Origin: Vulcanimicrobiota bacterium
Lineage (GTDB): Bacteria > Vulcanimicrobiota > Vulcanimicrobiia > Vulcanimicrobiales > Vulcanimicrobiaceae
Direction of reading: 5' to 3'
Length of the DNA: 64,000 nucleotides
NCBI GenBank assembly: GCA_019240525.1
Contig: JAFAYE010000001.1
Span: 33,300-97,299, forward strand
This document shows positions 19,625-28,045 of this stretch, piece after piece. Position 1 is the first letter of the stretch, and each line of letters opens with the position of its first letter. Both the position numbers and the translations under genes were made by a program. The notes below the pieces were generated by a model, which was not told where the DNA came from, did no database searches, and worked only from the letters and a program-made list of their open reading frames with translations.

Positions 19625-20245
19625 TTACGACGACTCGACGCGCCAAATCGAGTCGTCCGGATAACGGTGGATGCGAAAACGCTCCGCCTGCAGGATGGCG
19701 TCCAGGTCGCGCGCTGCCTCCTGCGGGCGGTCCTGCGCGTTGACGACGATGTAATCGAATCTTCGGATGAACTTCAGCTCTTGCTGCGCGATCTCGAGTC
19801 GCCGCGCAATTTCCTCGTTCGTTTCCGTTCGGCGAGCGAGTAGCCGCTCGCGCAGATTTGAGAACCGGTCCGGCACCAAAAAAATCAGTACCGCGTCCCG
19901 ATACGCCGCTTTCACGGCCAGTGCACCGTTGACCTCGGGCTTCATGACAAGGTCGTAGCCCTCGGTCAAGCTGCGCTCCACGTAATCGCGTGGCGTCCCG
20001 TAAAGGTTGCCGTTGTACTCGCGCCACTCGAGAAGGCCGCCTTCTTGCCGGAGACGGTCGAACTCGCGATCGGAGACGAAGAAGTAATGCTCTCCCTCTC
20101 GTTCCTCGGGCCGTCGCGGGCGCGTCGTCGTCGAGACCGAGTATCGAAGGGCCGGCCGCTGCGCTCGCAGGGCCTCCACGAGGGTATCTTTTCCCGCTCC
20201 CGAGGGCCCCGATACCACGAAGAGCAGGCCCGGCCCCGTGATCAA
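19625..20245 (-). CDS. gmk: Guanylate kinase
   Basis: P-loop LFVVSGPSGAGKDTL, TTRPRRPEEREGEHYFFV and EWREYNGNLYGT motifs. Shows the usual gmk-rpoZ adjacency. Confidence 0.95.
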   Translation of the reverse strand: MITGPGLLFVVSGPSGAGKDTLVEALRAQRPALRYSVSTTTRPRRPEEREGEHYFFVSDREFDRLRQEGGLLEWREYNGNLYGTPRDYVERSLTEGYDLVMKPEVNGALAVKAAYRDAVLIFLVPDRFSNLRERLLARRTETNEEIARRLEIAQQELKFIRRFDYIVVNAQDRPQEAARDLDAILQAERFRIHRYPDDSIWRVESS

Positions 20246-20322
20246 CGCTTCTCAGGTTTCACGCGCGGGTTCTTTAGACCTCGAAAAGCAGGTAGGGGCC
20301 AGGTAGATCGAGCGGCAGATGG

Positions 20323-20790
20323 TTATGCCGGCGCAACGCACAGGGCGCTTTGCATAGCCGCAGTGACGTTTGCGTCGGCGGCGGCAGCGGCGGGGCGAAT
20401 GTACGCCGTCCGCACCGACTCCCCATTGCTCACGCTAAAGCCTTCTTCAAGTATTTGCCCGCCCGGCAACGTGAATGTTGCGACGCCGGCCGCGCCCGGG
20501 CACGGCGCGAAAGGGACGCTTCCTCTAAGTCTGGCCGCGCGCTGATGAAGCAGCACGTTGATGGTGACTGCGGATGCGAGGTCCTGGAGCGTTCCGCCGA
20601 AGCGTACGCGGCGGTAGTAGTACTCCTGGGCGGCGCGCCCCGAACCGTTCGCCCACGCAGCGCTGGCGCCGGGCAGCGGCTGCCAGCCCTTCGGCGCCGC
20701 CGAAGCAGCGTGACCGCACGCGGCCAATACGACCGCCGAGATCACCGTCAAGGCTATTGCACATCTCACGATAAGAATGTTTTGATGCAA
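20323..20790 (-). CDS. Hypothetical lipoprotein
   Basis: Lipobox ALTVISAVVLAAC|GH. The track start at 20790 is a TTG. An in-frame GTG at 20769 would give a more typical signal peptide and avoid head-to-head overlap with the rqcH-like ATG at 20785. Confidence 0.45.
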   Translation of the reverse strand: MHQNILIVRCAIALTVISAVVLAACGHAASAAPKGWQPLPGASAAWANGSGRAAQEYYYRRVRFGGTLQDLASAVTINVLLHQRAARLRGSVPFAPCPGAAGVATFTLPGGQILEEGFSVSNGESVRTAYIRPAAAAADANVTAAMQSALCVAPA

Positions 20791-22176
20791 ACGGACTGGG
20801 TCCTCATTGGCCGGCTCGCGCGCGAGCTCGAGGAAAGGCTGCGCGGTTCGAGGGTCGATGATGCGGGGCTGCTTGCCGACGGGCGGGTTGGGATCGCGTT
20901 ACGTAGCCGCGGCGCGCGCTCGCTCTTGGCGATCGATCTTTTTGCATCAGCGCCCCTGGTGACACTCGAGGACGGCGAGCTGGGAATCGGGGCGGAGCCC
21001 GGCTTCGTGCGGACGCTCGCCCGTTCGCTGCGAAGCATGATCGTTGAAAACGCCTCGGCGCGCCGCAACGATCGCCTGCTGCGCCTGACTTTTACCGCGC
21101 GCTCGCGCTTCGGTGTCGGCGAGCATCTCGAGCTCTTTCTGGAACTCGTCCCGCGTTTCGGCAACATTGTGCTCGTTAAAGATTCAACGATCGTCGCGGC
21201 ATATAAGGAGTTCGCGCCCTCCGAAAATTCTCGCCGGGCGGTGCAGGTCGGGTCTCCGTATCTCTTGCCGCCATTGCCGGAGCACCCACGAACTCTGGCG
21301 GTGCAGCCCGACGGGCCGGCGTTGGAGTACTTCGCGCGACTGCGCGCGGAGCAAACGGCGCAGACCGGAAGCCGGCGCGCGGCCCAACGCCGCGAAGGCA
21401 TGCTCAAGCGGCTCGCGCAGCGCCAAGTAAAACTCGAAGGCGAACTCGCATCCTTGGCCTCGAAGCGCGAAGAGGCGCAGCGGCGCGAGATTCTGCGAAG
21501 CCAGGGTGACGAAATCTATGCGACACTTCATACACTCGACGCGAACGAACGCGAAGCCGCCAAAGAGCGCGCCGCCAAGCTCTTCGTTGATTACAAGAAG
21601 CTCGCCAAAAGCGTACCACACATTGACGAGCGAGAACGTGACGTTCGTGCCGGCTTAGAAGCGGTGGAGACCCTGCGCTGGGAGGCCGAACGCGCCAGCG
21701 ACGACGATCTCGACGGTGTCGAGACGGCCGTCGCGGATCTCGGCCCGAGGCGCGGCAAACCTAGTGCGATACGTCCGCCCAAACGCAAACGCGCGTTGCT
21801 GGAGTTTCGAACGCTTCAGGGGTCGCGTATCGTCGTCGGACGCTCTCCGGTTGAAAACGCGGAGCTTACGTTTCGCCTCGCTCGCCCCGGCGACTTGTGG
21901 TTTCACGCGCAACGCGTCCCGGGAGCGCACGTGATCCTCGCGCGCGACGATCGTACCCCAGCCGGCGACGACGAGATTGTACTTGCTGCGTCGCTCGCCG
22001 CGTTTCACTCGCGAGCAAAAACCGCGGCGTCGGTGCCGGTTGACTACACGCTACGCAAGCACGTTCGAAAGCAACGCGCCGCTCCGCCGGGATTGGTGTG
22101 GTACACGCATGCAAAGACAATCGTCGTCGAGCCCTGGAGGGAGGCGCGCGCGGAGCGGGCAACCATCCGTTCATAG
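20785..22176 (+). CDS. NFACT-family protein (RqcH / FbpA-like ribosome quality-control factor)
   Basis: I prefer the ATG at 20785 (MQTDWVLIGRL...), because the 145-codon upstream extension of the track ORF overlaps the lipoprotein gene. NFACT-N-like region with NDRLLRLTF. Coiled-coil middle. C-terminal NFACT-R/DUF814 region: GSRIVVGRSPVENAELTFRLARPGDLWFHAQRVPGAHVIL. Confidence 0.75.
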   Translation: MQTDWVLIGRLARELEERLRGSRVDDAGLLADGRVGIALRSRGARSLLAIDLFASAPLVTLEDGELGIGAEPGFVRTLARSLRSMIVENASARRNDRLLRLTFTARSRFGVGEHLELFLELVPRFGNIVLVKDSTIVAAYKEFAPSENSRRAVQVGSPYLLPPLPEHPRTLAVQPDGPALEYFARLRAEQTAQTGSRRAAQRREGMLKRLAQRQVKLEGELASLASKREEAQRREILRSQGDEIYATLHTLDANEREAAKERAAKLFVDYKKLAKSVPHIDERERDVRAGLEAVETLRWEAERASDDDLDGVETAVADLGPRRGKPSAIRPPKRKRALLEFRTLQGSRIVVGRSPVENAELTFRLARPGDLWFHAQRVPGAHVILARDDRTPAGDDEIVLAASLAAFHSRAKTAASVPVDYTLRKHVRKQRAAPPGLVWYTHAKTIVVEPWREARAERATIRS

Positions 22177-22203
22177 CACGGACTACATCGGAGGAGGCTG
22201 TAC

Positions 22204-22320
22204 GTGAAAAATCCTTTGGACTCGCTCTCGGGAACCGTCATTTCCGGTTTCATCCTCACCGCCATCCTATGGTACATCGCCAAGATGATCGTTTCGCACG
22301 CGATCGGGACTGGCGCATAA
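22204..22320 (+). CDS. Small membrane protein candidate (38 aa), absent from the ORF track
   Basis: GTG at 22204 with GGAGGAGG at 22190-22197 (6-nt spacer). Product: VKNPLDSLSGTVISGFILTAILWYIAKMIVSHAIGTGA, with one predicted TM helix. The TAA ends 1 nt before the ATG of the next gene. Confidence 0.45.
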   Translation: MKNPLDSLSGTVISGFILTAILWYIAKMIVSHAIGTGA

Positions 22321-22321
22321 G

Positions 22322-22840
22322 ATGGCATACACCGACTGGATCTTTCGCTGGTTCCACATCATGGCCGGGATTATGTGGATCGGCCTGCTCTACTATTTTA
22401 ATTTCGTCAACGTGCAAGCGGTCAAAGAGGCGACGGCGGCCGGCGAAGCCGCACCCATCTCGAAATACGTCGTCCCGCGCGCGCTGCTCTTCTTCCGCTG
22501 GGGCGCGGTGGTGACGTGGATTTTCGGCGCTGCACTCTTGGGAAATTTTCGCGGTCCCGACGGGAGCAACGGCTTGCTCGCGGCTATGACATTGCGCGGC
22601 GCAATGGCGCCGATCGGCATTGGCGCCTGGCTTGGCACGATCATGCTTTTGAACGTATGGGGCTTGATCTGGCCAAATCAAAAGAAGATACTGGGATTTG
22701 TTGCCGCGACCGATGCGGAGAAGGCGAAGGCTCGCCGAATCGCGTTTCTCGCCTCGCGAACGAACACGATGCTCTCGATTCCCATGCTCTTCTTCATGGC
22801 GACCGGCCCCACGTCAATGAGCCAAATTATCTATCACTAG
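22322..22840 (+). CDS. Membrane protein resembling the N-terminal membrane domain of urate hydroxylase PuuD
   Basis: 172 aa. N-terminal WIFRWFHIMAGIMWIGLLYYFNFVNV resembles the PuuD-family signature recalled from memory. It has 4 predicted TM segments and no cytochrome c domain. Confidence 0.5.
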   Translation: MAYTDWIFRWFHIMAGIMWIGLLYYFNFVNVQAVKEATAAGEAAPISKYVVPRALLFFRWGAVVTWIFGAALLGNFRGPDGSNGLLAAMTLRGAMAPIGIGAWLGTIMLLNVWGLIWPNQKKILGFVAATDAEKAKARRIAFLASRTNTMLSIPMLFFMATGPTSMSQIIYH

Positions 22841-23809
22841 CACGATTTTGCCGACGTGCGCGCTCGATTCCATACGGGCGTGCGCGTCGGCGACGCGCTC
22901 CAAGGGATAGACGGAATCTACGATCGGAACGATGCGGTCGCGTAATGGCAAGAGCGGCCAAATCGCGCGTTCGAGCTCCGCGGCGATCGAGGCCTTCTCA
23001 GGCGCGCTGCGCGGGCGAAGGCTCGACGCCATGATCGTGCCACGTCGGGCAAAGAGCCGGCGAAGGTCGAGCTCGACGCGGCTGCCGCGTTGCGTCGCGA
23101 TGCAGACCAATCGGCCGTCGACGGCCAGGCACTCCAGATCCCGCGCAATGTAGTCACCGCCCACGACGTCGAGCACCACGTTGACTCCTCGTCCGTTCGT
23201 GATGCGTTCGATCGCGGTGACGAAGTCTTCCGTCCGGTAATCGATGGCGTCGGACGCGCCAAGTTTGATGCATGCGGCGCACTTCTCCGGCGTTCCGGCC
23301 GTTGCCACTGCGCGCGCACCGAGCGCGTGTGCGAACATGATTGCGGTTGTGCCGATTCCGCTCGTCCCACCGTGAACGAGGACACTTTCGCCGGCGCGCA
23401 ACTTCGCGCGGGTGAAGAGATAATCGTAAACGGTAAAGGCGTTTTCGGGCAAGGTGGCTGCTTCGACCGCGCTCCAGCCATCAGGTATCGGCAACACTTG
23501 ACCGGCGGGAACCGCGACGTACTCTGCGTAGCCGCCGCCATTCGTGAGTGCGCAGACCCGATCCCCGACTCTCCAGCGTGCTACATCGGCCCCGAGTGCG
23601 ACGATGGTTCCGGCGGCGTCCAAGCCAAGAATCGGCGAGCCGTCCGGCGGCGCTGGATACTTTCCCTCACGTTGCAGTACGTCCGCACGGGAAACGCCGG
23701 CCGCCTCGACGCCGATGAGCACTTCGTTACGGCTTGGGCGCGGACGGTCCCCTCGGGCAATTCGCAGCACCTTGGCATCGCCCGGCCGGTCGAACGTGAC
23801 GTAGCGCAT
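22814..23809 (-). CDS. NAD(P)H:quinone oxidoreductase, zinc-independent MDR family (PIG3/Qor-like)
   Basis: I prefer the internal ATG at 23809 (MRYVTFDRPGDAKVLRIARGD...), 1 nt after the queA stop. Carries the GESVLVHGGTSGIGTTAIMFA nucleotide-binding motif. Confidence 0.85.
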   Translation of the reverse strand: MRYVTFDRPGDAKVLRIARGDRPRPSRNEVLIGVEAAGVSRADVLQREGKYPAPPDGSPILGLDAAGTIVALGADVARWRVGDRVCALTNGGGYAEYVAVPAGQVLPIPDGWSAVEAATLPENAFTVYDYLFTRAKLRAGESVLVHGGTSGIGTTAIMFAHALGARAVATAGTPEKCAACIKLGASDAIDYRTEDFVTAIERITNGRGVNVVLDVVGGDYIARDLECLAVDGRLVCIATQRGSRVELDLRRLFARRGTIMASSLRPRSAPEKASIAAELERAIWPLLPLRDRIVPIVDSVYPLERVADAHARMESSAHVGKIVLVIDNLAH

Positions 23810-23810
23810 C

Positions 23811-24944
23811 TTAGGCCAACCCTCCGGTGACGAACATCGCATCACCGAAGGAGTAAAACCGATAGCGCTGCGCAATCGCCTCGGCATACGCGCGCATGAT
23901 GCGCTCGCGTCCCGCGAAGGCACTCACGAGCATGAGTAACGTGGAACGCGGCAGGTGAAAGTTGGTGATGAGACCGCCGACGATCCCAAAACGAAACCCC
24001 GGCGTGATAAAAAGATTCGTCACGCGCTCTCCGGCGACTATGCGCCCGTAGGCAGTAAAATTTGCCTCCAAGGCCCGCGCTACGGTGGTGCCGGCGGCCA
24101 CGATGCGGCGACGGTCGATTCGGGCTTGCTCGATGGCGCGCGCGGCGCCCGGCTCGATGACGTATGCTTCCTCGTGCATAACGTGATCGTCGACGAACTC
24201 TACTGCGACCGGCCGAAATGTACCCAGACCGATATCGAGGGCGATGCGAACGATTTCTACCCCGCGGCGTTCGATTTCGGCCAAGAGTTCCGGCGTGAAG
24301 TGCAGCGACGCGGTCGGAGCGGCGATACTGCCCGCGATGCGGGCAAAGACGGTCTGATATCGTGCCTGGCTCTCCGGAGCATCGTCGCGAATGTATGGAG
24401 GAAGCGGCATTTGCCCGACATGCGACAGAAACTCCTCAAAGGGGCCGTGGAGGCGAAATTCGATTTCGCGGGCTCCGGCCTGAAGCTCGCTTCGTACGAT
24501 CGCGTCGCCAAACGCGCCGAAGCGAACGATGCCGCCACGCCGCAGACGACGGGCCGGCTTCGCGAGCGCGACCCACGTGACAGCGTTGGCATCGTAACGG
24601 AGCGAGCCGGAGGGATGGAGCAACAGAAGCTCCACGCGACCGCCGCCCGGTCTTTCGCCAAAGAGCCGCGCCGCGATCACGCGCGTTTCGTTGAGCACGA
24701 GCAGATCTGCAGCGCGTAGGAGTTGCGGAAGCTCGCGAAATCGCAGGTGCCGTATCGCGCCGCCGTCGAGCACCATCAAACGGCTCTCGTCGCGAACCGT
24801 GGCCGGCCGTTGCGCGATGAGCTCCGCCGGGAGCGGGTAGTCAAAATCGCTGGTTTTATGTGAGATGCCGCAGATCCGTGCCGGGAAAATAGGACGCGAG
24901 AATATCAGACGCCGTTCGCCCGGCGATCGCCATGCCGCGTGCAC
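23811..24944 (-). CDS. queA: S-adenosylmethionine:tRNA ribosyltransferase-isomerase; start uncertain
   Basis: Conserved N-terminus SDFDYPLPAELIAQRP and C-terminus FYSFGDAMFV. No ATG, GTG or TTG lies within 30 codons upstream of the FDY motif. The nearest is a GTG at 24944, inside the SpoIID-like gene. Confidence 0.85.
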   Translation of the reverse strand: MHAAWRSPGERRLIFSRPIFPARICGISHKTSDFDYPLPAELIAQRPATVRDESRLMVLDGGAIRHLRFRELPQLLRAADLLVLNETRVIAARLFGERPGGGRVELLLLHPSGSLRYDANAVTWVALAKPARRLRRGGIVRFGAFGDAIVRSELQAGAREIEFRLHGPFEEFLSHVGQMPLPPYIRDDAPESQARYQTVFARIAGSIAAPTASLHFTPELLAEIERRGVEIVRIALDIGLGTFRPVAVEFVDDHVMHEEAYVIEPGAARAIEQARIDRRRIVAAGTTVARALEANFTAYGRIVAGERVTNLFITPGFRFGIVGGLITNFHLPRSTLLMLVSAFAGRERIMRAYAEAIAQRYRFYSFGDAMFVTGGLA

Positions 24945-25851
24945 CCCATTGGCATAAGCCAACTCCGTGTCCGAGCCCGGCGCCTGAAATTGAAACGCTC
25001 GCGTTATCCCCTGCACGCTGTACGCTCGAGAGCAGCAAGCTTGGCAGGACGCGCGTGCCGAGTCCGCGGCGAAACGCGCCTCCCGAGAGCGTCGTACTGC
25101 CGGTATCGGTAAGCAGTTCCAAGGTGCGCGCGCGGCCGCTCGCATCGCGGCTTCCGATTTGCACGTTCTCCAGCCGCCCGAATCCCGTGAGTTCGATTGC
25201 CAGGCGTGACTCGATCGCATCGAGCGCCAACGCGCGATTCCAGCGATAGTTCGGCGATTCGTCGCACGATGTACAGACGACGCCGGTCAAATACGAAATC
25301 GGCGCGCTTCCCCACGCCTCCGATGACGATTCCGTGTGGCCGCCGCAGCACGACGAATAGGCGATTTGCGCGAAGCCGCCGGCGAAGGCGAGCACTTCTT
25401 GGGCGGTCGCATCGACGGCGGAATTGCCTGAGGCCGTTTCGCCCATCATGCCCTCGTAGACCTGATCCAGCTCGGAGGGAACCAGATCGTAGCTTCGTCG
25501 CGGATCGCTCCGCTGCAAAACGTAGGTTCGCGCACAGATCGATTGCGCCTGGAGCGCCGCCGGTGGCCATCCGGCCGGCATCTCGCGCGGTACGACGCTG
25601 TAAAGGTACGATTCCAACTCGATAAGATTGACGATTTCACCATCCTCGGTGCGCTCGAAGCTTCCGCGATAGAGCTTCCCTTCAAAGCTAAAGCTTTGCC
25701 GCGATACCGCAATGGCATCGCCCCGACCGAGCAACACGCGTAAAGCTTGGCGCGCCCAGGTGCGAGCTGGATCCACGTCGTTCTGCGCAGCCGCTCGCGC
25801 GAAGGTCAGCGGTCCGACGATGCCCATAGCAATGAACCGCGCGCGGCGCAT
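24856..25851 (-). CDS. SpoIID/LytB-domain protein (lytic transglycosylase-like)
   Basis: Motifs YLYSVVPREMPAGWPPAALQAQSICARTYVL, AYSSCCGGHTESS and GHGVGLCQWGARGMA are typical of the SpoIID family. N-terminal signal peptide. Confidence 0.85.
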   Translation of the reverse strand: MRRARFIAMGIVGPLTFARAAAQNDVDPARTWARQALRVLLGRGDAIAVSRQSFSFEGKLYRGSFERTEDGEIVNLIELESYLYSVVPREMPAGWPPAALQAQSICARTYVLQRSDPRRSYDLVPSELDQVYEGMMGETASGNSAVDATAQEVLAFAGGFAQIAYSSCCGGHTESSSEAWGSAPISYLTGVVCTSCDESPNYRWNRALALDAIESRLAIELTGFGRLENVQIGSRDASGRARTLELLTDTGSTTLSGGAFRRGLGTRVLPSLLLSSVQRAGDNASVSISGAGLGHGVGLCQWGARGMAIAGRTASDILASYFPGTDLRHLT

Positions 25852-25853
25852 CC

Positions 25854-26927
25854 TTAGAGCAGCCGCTCCTGCGACGGCGCGCCGCGTGCGACGCCAAGAT
25901 GGGCATATGCCAGGTGCGTGGCGCGCCGCCCGCTCGCCGTGCGAGTGACGAACCCTTCTTTGAGCAAATATGGTTCGACGACGTCTTCGAGCGTTTCCGC
26001 ATCTTCCGTCAGCGTAGCAGCGATTGCAGCGATGCCGACGGGACCGCCACGGTACTGCTCGACGATCGTTCGCAAGAAGGCCCGGTCGAGCCGATCGAGG
26101 CCGAGCCGGTCGACGCCTTCGCGTTCCAGCGCTTCGTCAGCGATTTCGGAAGAAACGCGGCCATCGGCTCGGACCTCGGCGAAGTCGCGCACTCGGCGCA
26201 GCAACCGGTTTGCGATGCGAGGGGTTCCGCGGCTTCGCGCCGCAATCACGCTCGCGGCATCGGCGTCGATCGGCACGTTTAAGACTCCGGCCGACCTCAG
26301 TACGATGCGTTCGAGCTCCTTGGCCGAGTAATAGTCGAGATGGTGCACGATGCCGAAGCGCTCGCGCAACGGCGCGCTGAGCATTCCCGCCCGTGTCGTC
26401 GCACCAACGAGCGTGTAGCGCTGTAACGGCAGCTTGAGCGTCTTCGCGTAAGCGCCGCGGTCGACGACGAAGTCGATCTGAAAATCCTCCATCGCTGGAT
26501 AGAGAAACTCTTCCACGATGCGCCCAAGCCGATGAATCTCGTCGACGAAAAAGACGTCACCCTTTTCCAACGAGGTGAGAATTCCAACGAGATCCTTGGG
26601 CTTCTCGAGGGTCGGCCCGCTCGTTGGTCGGAACTGCGCGTCGAGTTCGCGCGCAATCAACCCCGCGAGGGTCGTCTTGCCCAGCCCCGGCGGTCCGTAA
26701 AAGAGGACGTGCTCGAGCGGTTCTCCACGTTGCTTCGCCGCATCGATCGCGATGCGAAGATTCTCTACCACGCGCTCTTGACCGACGTACTCATCGAAGG
26801 AATGCGGCCTCAAACTCGCGCCGTAGACTTCGTCCTCGAGCGTGTCGCGCGTTTCGACGATTCGATCGTCGCTCTGCGGCGCGGCCACGTCGGCTGGCCC
26901 GAGCAGACGCCGTCGAGTCTCGCTCAT
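25854..26927 (-). CDS. ruvB: Holliday junction branch-migration helicase RuvB
   Basis: LRPHSFDEYVGQERV, Walker A GPPGLGKTTLA and Walker B FVDEIHRL. The ATG overlaps the ruvA stop (ATGA at 26924-26927). Confidence 0.97.
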   Translation of the reverse strand: MSETRRRLLGPADVAAPQSDDRIVETRDTLEDEVYGASLRPHSFDEYVGQERVVENLRIAIDAAKQRGEPLEHVLFYGPPGLGKTTLAGLIARELDAQFRPTSGPTLEKPKDLVGILTSLEKGDVFFVDEIHRLGRIVEEFLYPAMEDFQIDFVVDRGAYAKTLKLPLQRYTLVGATTRAGMLSAPLRERFGIVHHLDYYSAKELERIVLRSAGVLNVPIDADAASVIAARSRGTPRIANRLLRRVRDFAEVRADGRVSSEIADEALEREGVDRLGLDRLDRAFLRTIVEQYRGGPVGIAAIAATLTEDAETLEDVVEPYLLKEGFVTRTASGRRATHLAYAHLGVARGAPSQERLL

Positions 26928-27547
26928 GCGATTTCTTTCGCCTTGTGGCGATAGATTTCCGCGAGCAAACGCTCGGCGTTATCGATGCTCGCGTCGGCGT
27001 CGAGCGTACGATGGATCATCGCCTCACTCTCGCCGCGTTTGTATCCCAGCTGTAAAAGCACCGCGAGCGTTTCATCGGCGAAGTCGGGCATCGGTTTTGC
27101 CGTCGGCCGTGGAGCGTCGCGTATCAACAAGAACTTGGCCACCTTACCCTGCAGCTTGGCAACGATGTCGCGTGCCTTCTGCTGTCCAATGCCCGGTAGG
27201 CTCTTGAGGAAAGCGTAATCGCTGCGATCGATCGCGTCGGCGATGGCCGACATTGGAGCGCTAAAAGCGCGCGCCGCCGAACGTGGGCCGATGGATGCAA
27301 CGGTCAGGAGCGATTCGAAGAATTCGCGCTCGACGGCATTCGTAAAACCGTAATACGTGAAGCGTCCGCTTTTACCATCGAGATTGACGACCGAGTAAAT
27401 CTCGAGCGTTACCCGCTCCCCGGGTATTGACGGCACTTTGTCGGCGATGCAGGGCGGGAGAACGACCTCGTAGCCCAGACCTCCGGCCTCGATCACGACG
27501 CTCTCTCCGTTGCGCTCCAACAGGGCGCCCGAGATTCTAACGAACAC
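26924..27547 (-). CDS. ruvA: Holliday junction DNA-binding protein RuvA
   Basis: The GTG at 27547 gives VFVRISGALLERNGESVVIEAGGLGYEVVLP, the canonical RuvA N-terminus, and a 207-aa product. HhH motifs are present (LKSLPGIGQQKARDIV). The longer track ORF overlaps ruvC. Confidence 0.9.
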   Translation of the reverse strand: MFVRISGALLERNGESVVIEAGGLGYEVVLPPCIADKVPSIPGERVTLEIYSVVNLDGKSGRFTYYGFTNAVEREFFESLLTVASIGPRSAARAFSAPMSAIADAIDRSDYAFLKSLPGIGQQKARDIVAKLQGKVAKFLLIRDAPRPTAKPMPDFADETLAVLLQLGYKRGESEAMIHRTLDADASIDNAERLLAEIYRHKAKEIA

Positions 27548-28034
27548 GCAGCTGCGATCTTCGATCGACGACGTTGAGAAAGGCCAGCGCGAGCGCAAGC
27601 GCGTCGGAAACGTCGTTGGGTCTGGGAGGCTGACGCAACCCCAATAACTGCGTGACCATCGCGTTGACTTGATCCTTGCGCGCGCTGCCCGAGCCGACCA
27701 AGGCGCGTTTGACCCGCGCGTGCCCAAGGGAGTGCACCGCGACGCCGGCTTGCGCACCGGCTAGGCAGAGAACCCCGCGGGCATGACCCATGATGACGGC
27801 CGTGCGCGGATTCTTATAGCTGGTATAGAGTTCTTCGATGACGATGAGCTGGGGTTCAGTCTGCGCGATGACGTCGCAGATGCCGTCGTGGAGCTCGCGC
27901 AATCGGGCTTCGAAGGTGCCATCGGCACGCGGTACCAACAGGCCGGCTTCGATCAAGCGGACGCGGCCGTTGCAGCGTTCGATCGCGCCGTATCCGGTCG
28001 TGCGCAGTGCGGGATCGATGCCCAAAACGCGCAA
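27537..28034 (-). CDS. ruvC: Crossover junction endodeoxyribonuclease RuvC
   Basis: The TTG at 28034 gives (M)RVLGIDPALRTTGYG, the canonical RuvC N-terminus, and a 165-aa product. It lies 11 nt downstream of the pknB stop. Confidence 0.88.
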   Translation of the reverse strand: MRVLGIDPALRTTGYGAIERCNGRVRLIEAGLLVPRADGTFEARLRELHDGICDVIAQTEPQLIVIEELYTSYKNPRTAVIMGHARGVLCLAGAQAGVAVHSLGHARVKRALVGSGSARKDQVNAMVTQLLGLRQPPRPNDVSDALALALAFLNVVDRRSQLRVR

Positions 28035-28045
28035 GGTCGCAGGGT

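Noticed and set aside
20769-20790. A head-to-head overlap of the lipoprotein gene start (TTG at 20790) with the rqcH-like ATG (20785), as a possible regulatory arrangement.
   Set aside because: An in-frame GTG at 20769 gives a better lipoprotein signal peptide and removes the overlap. The overlap is probably an artefact of choosing the longest ORF.
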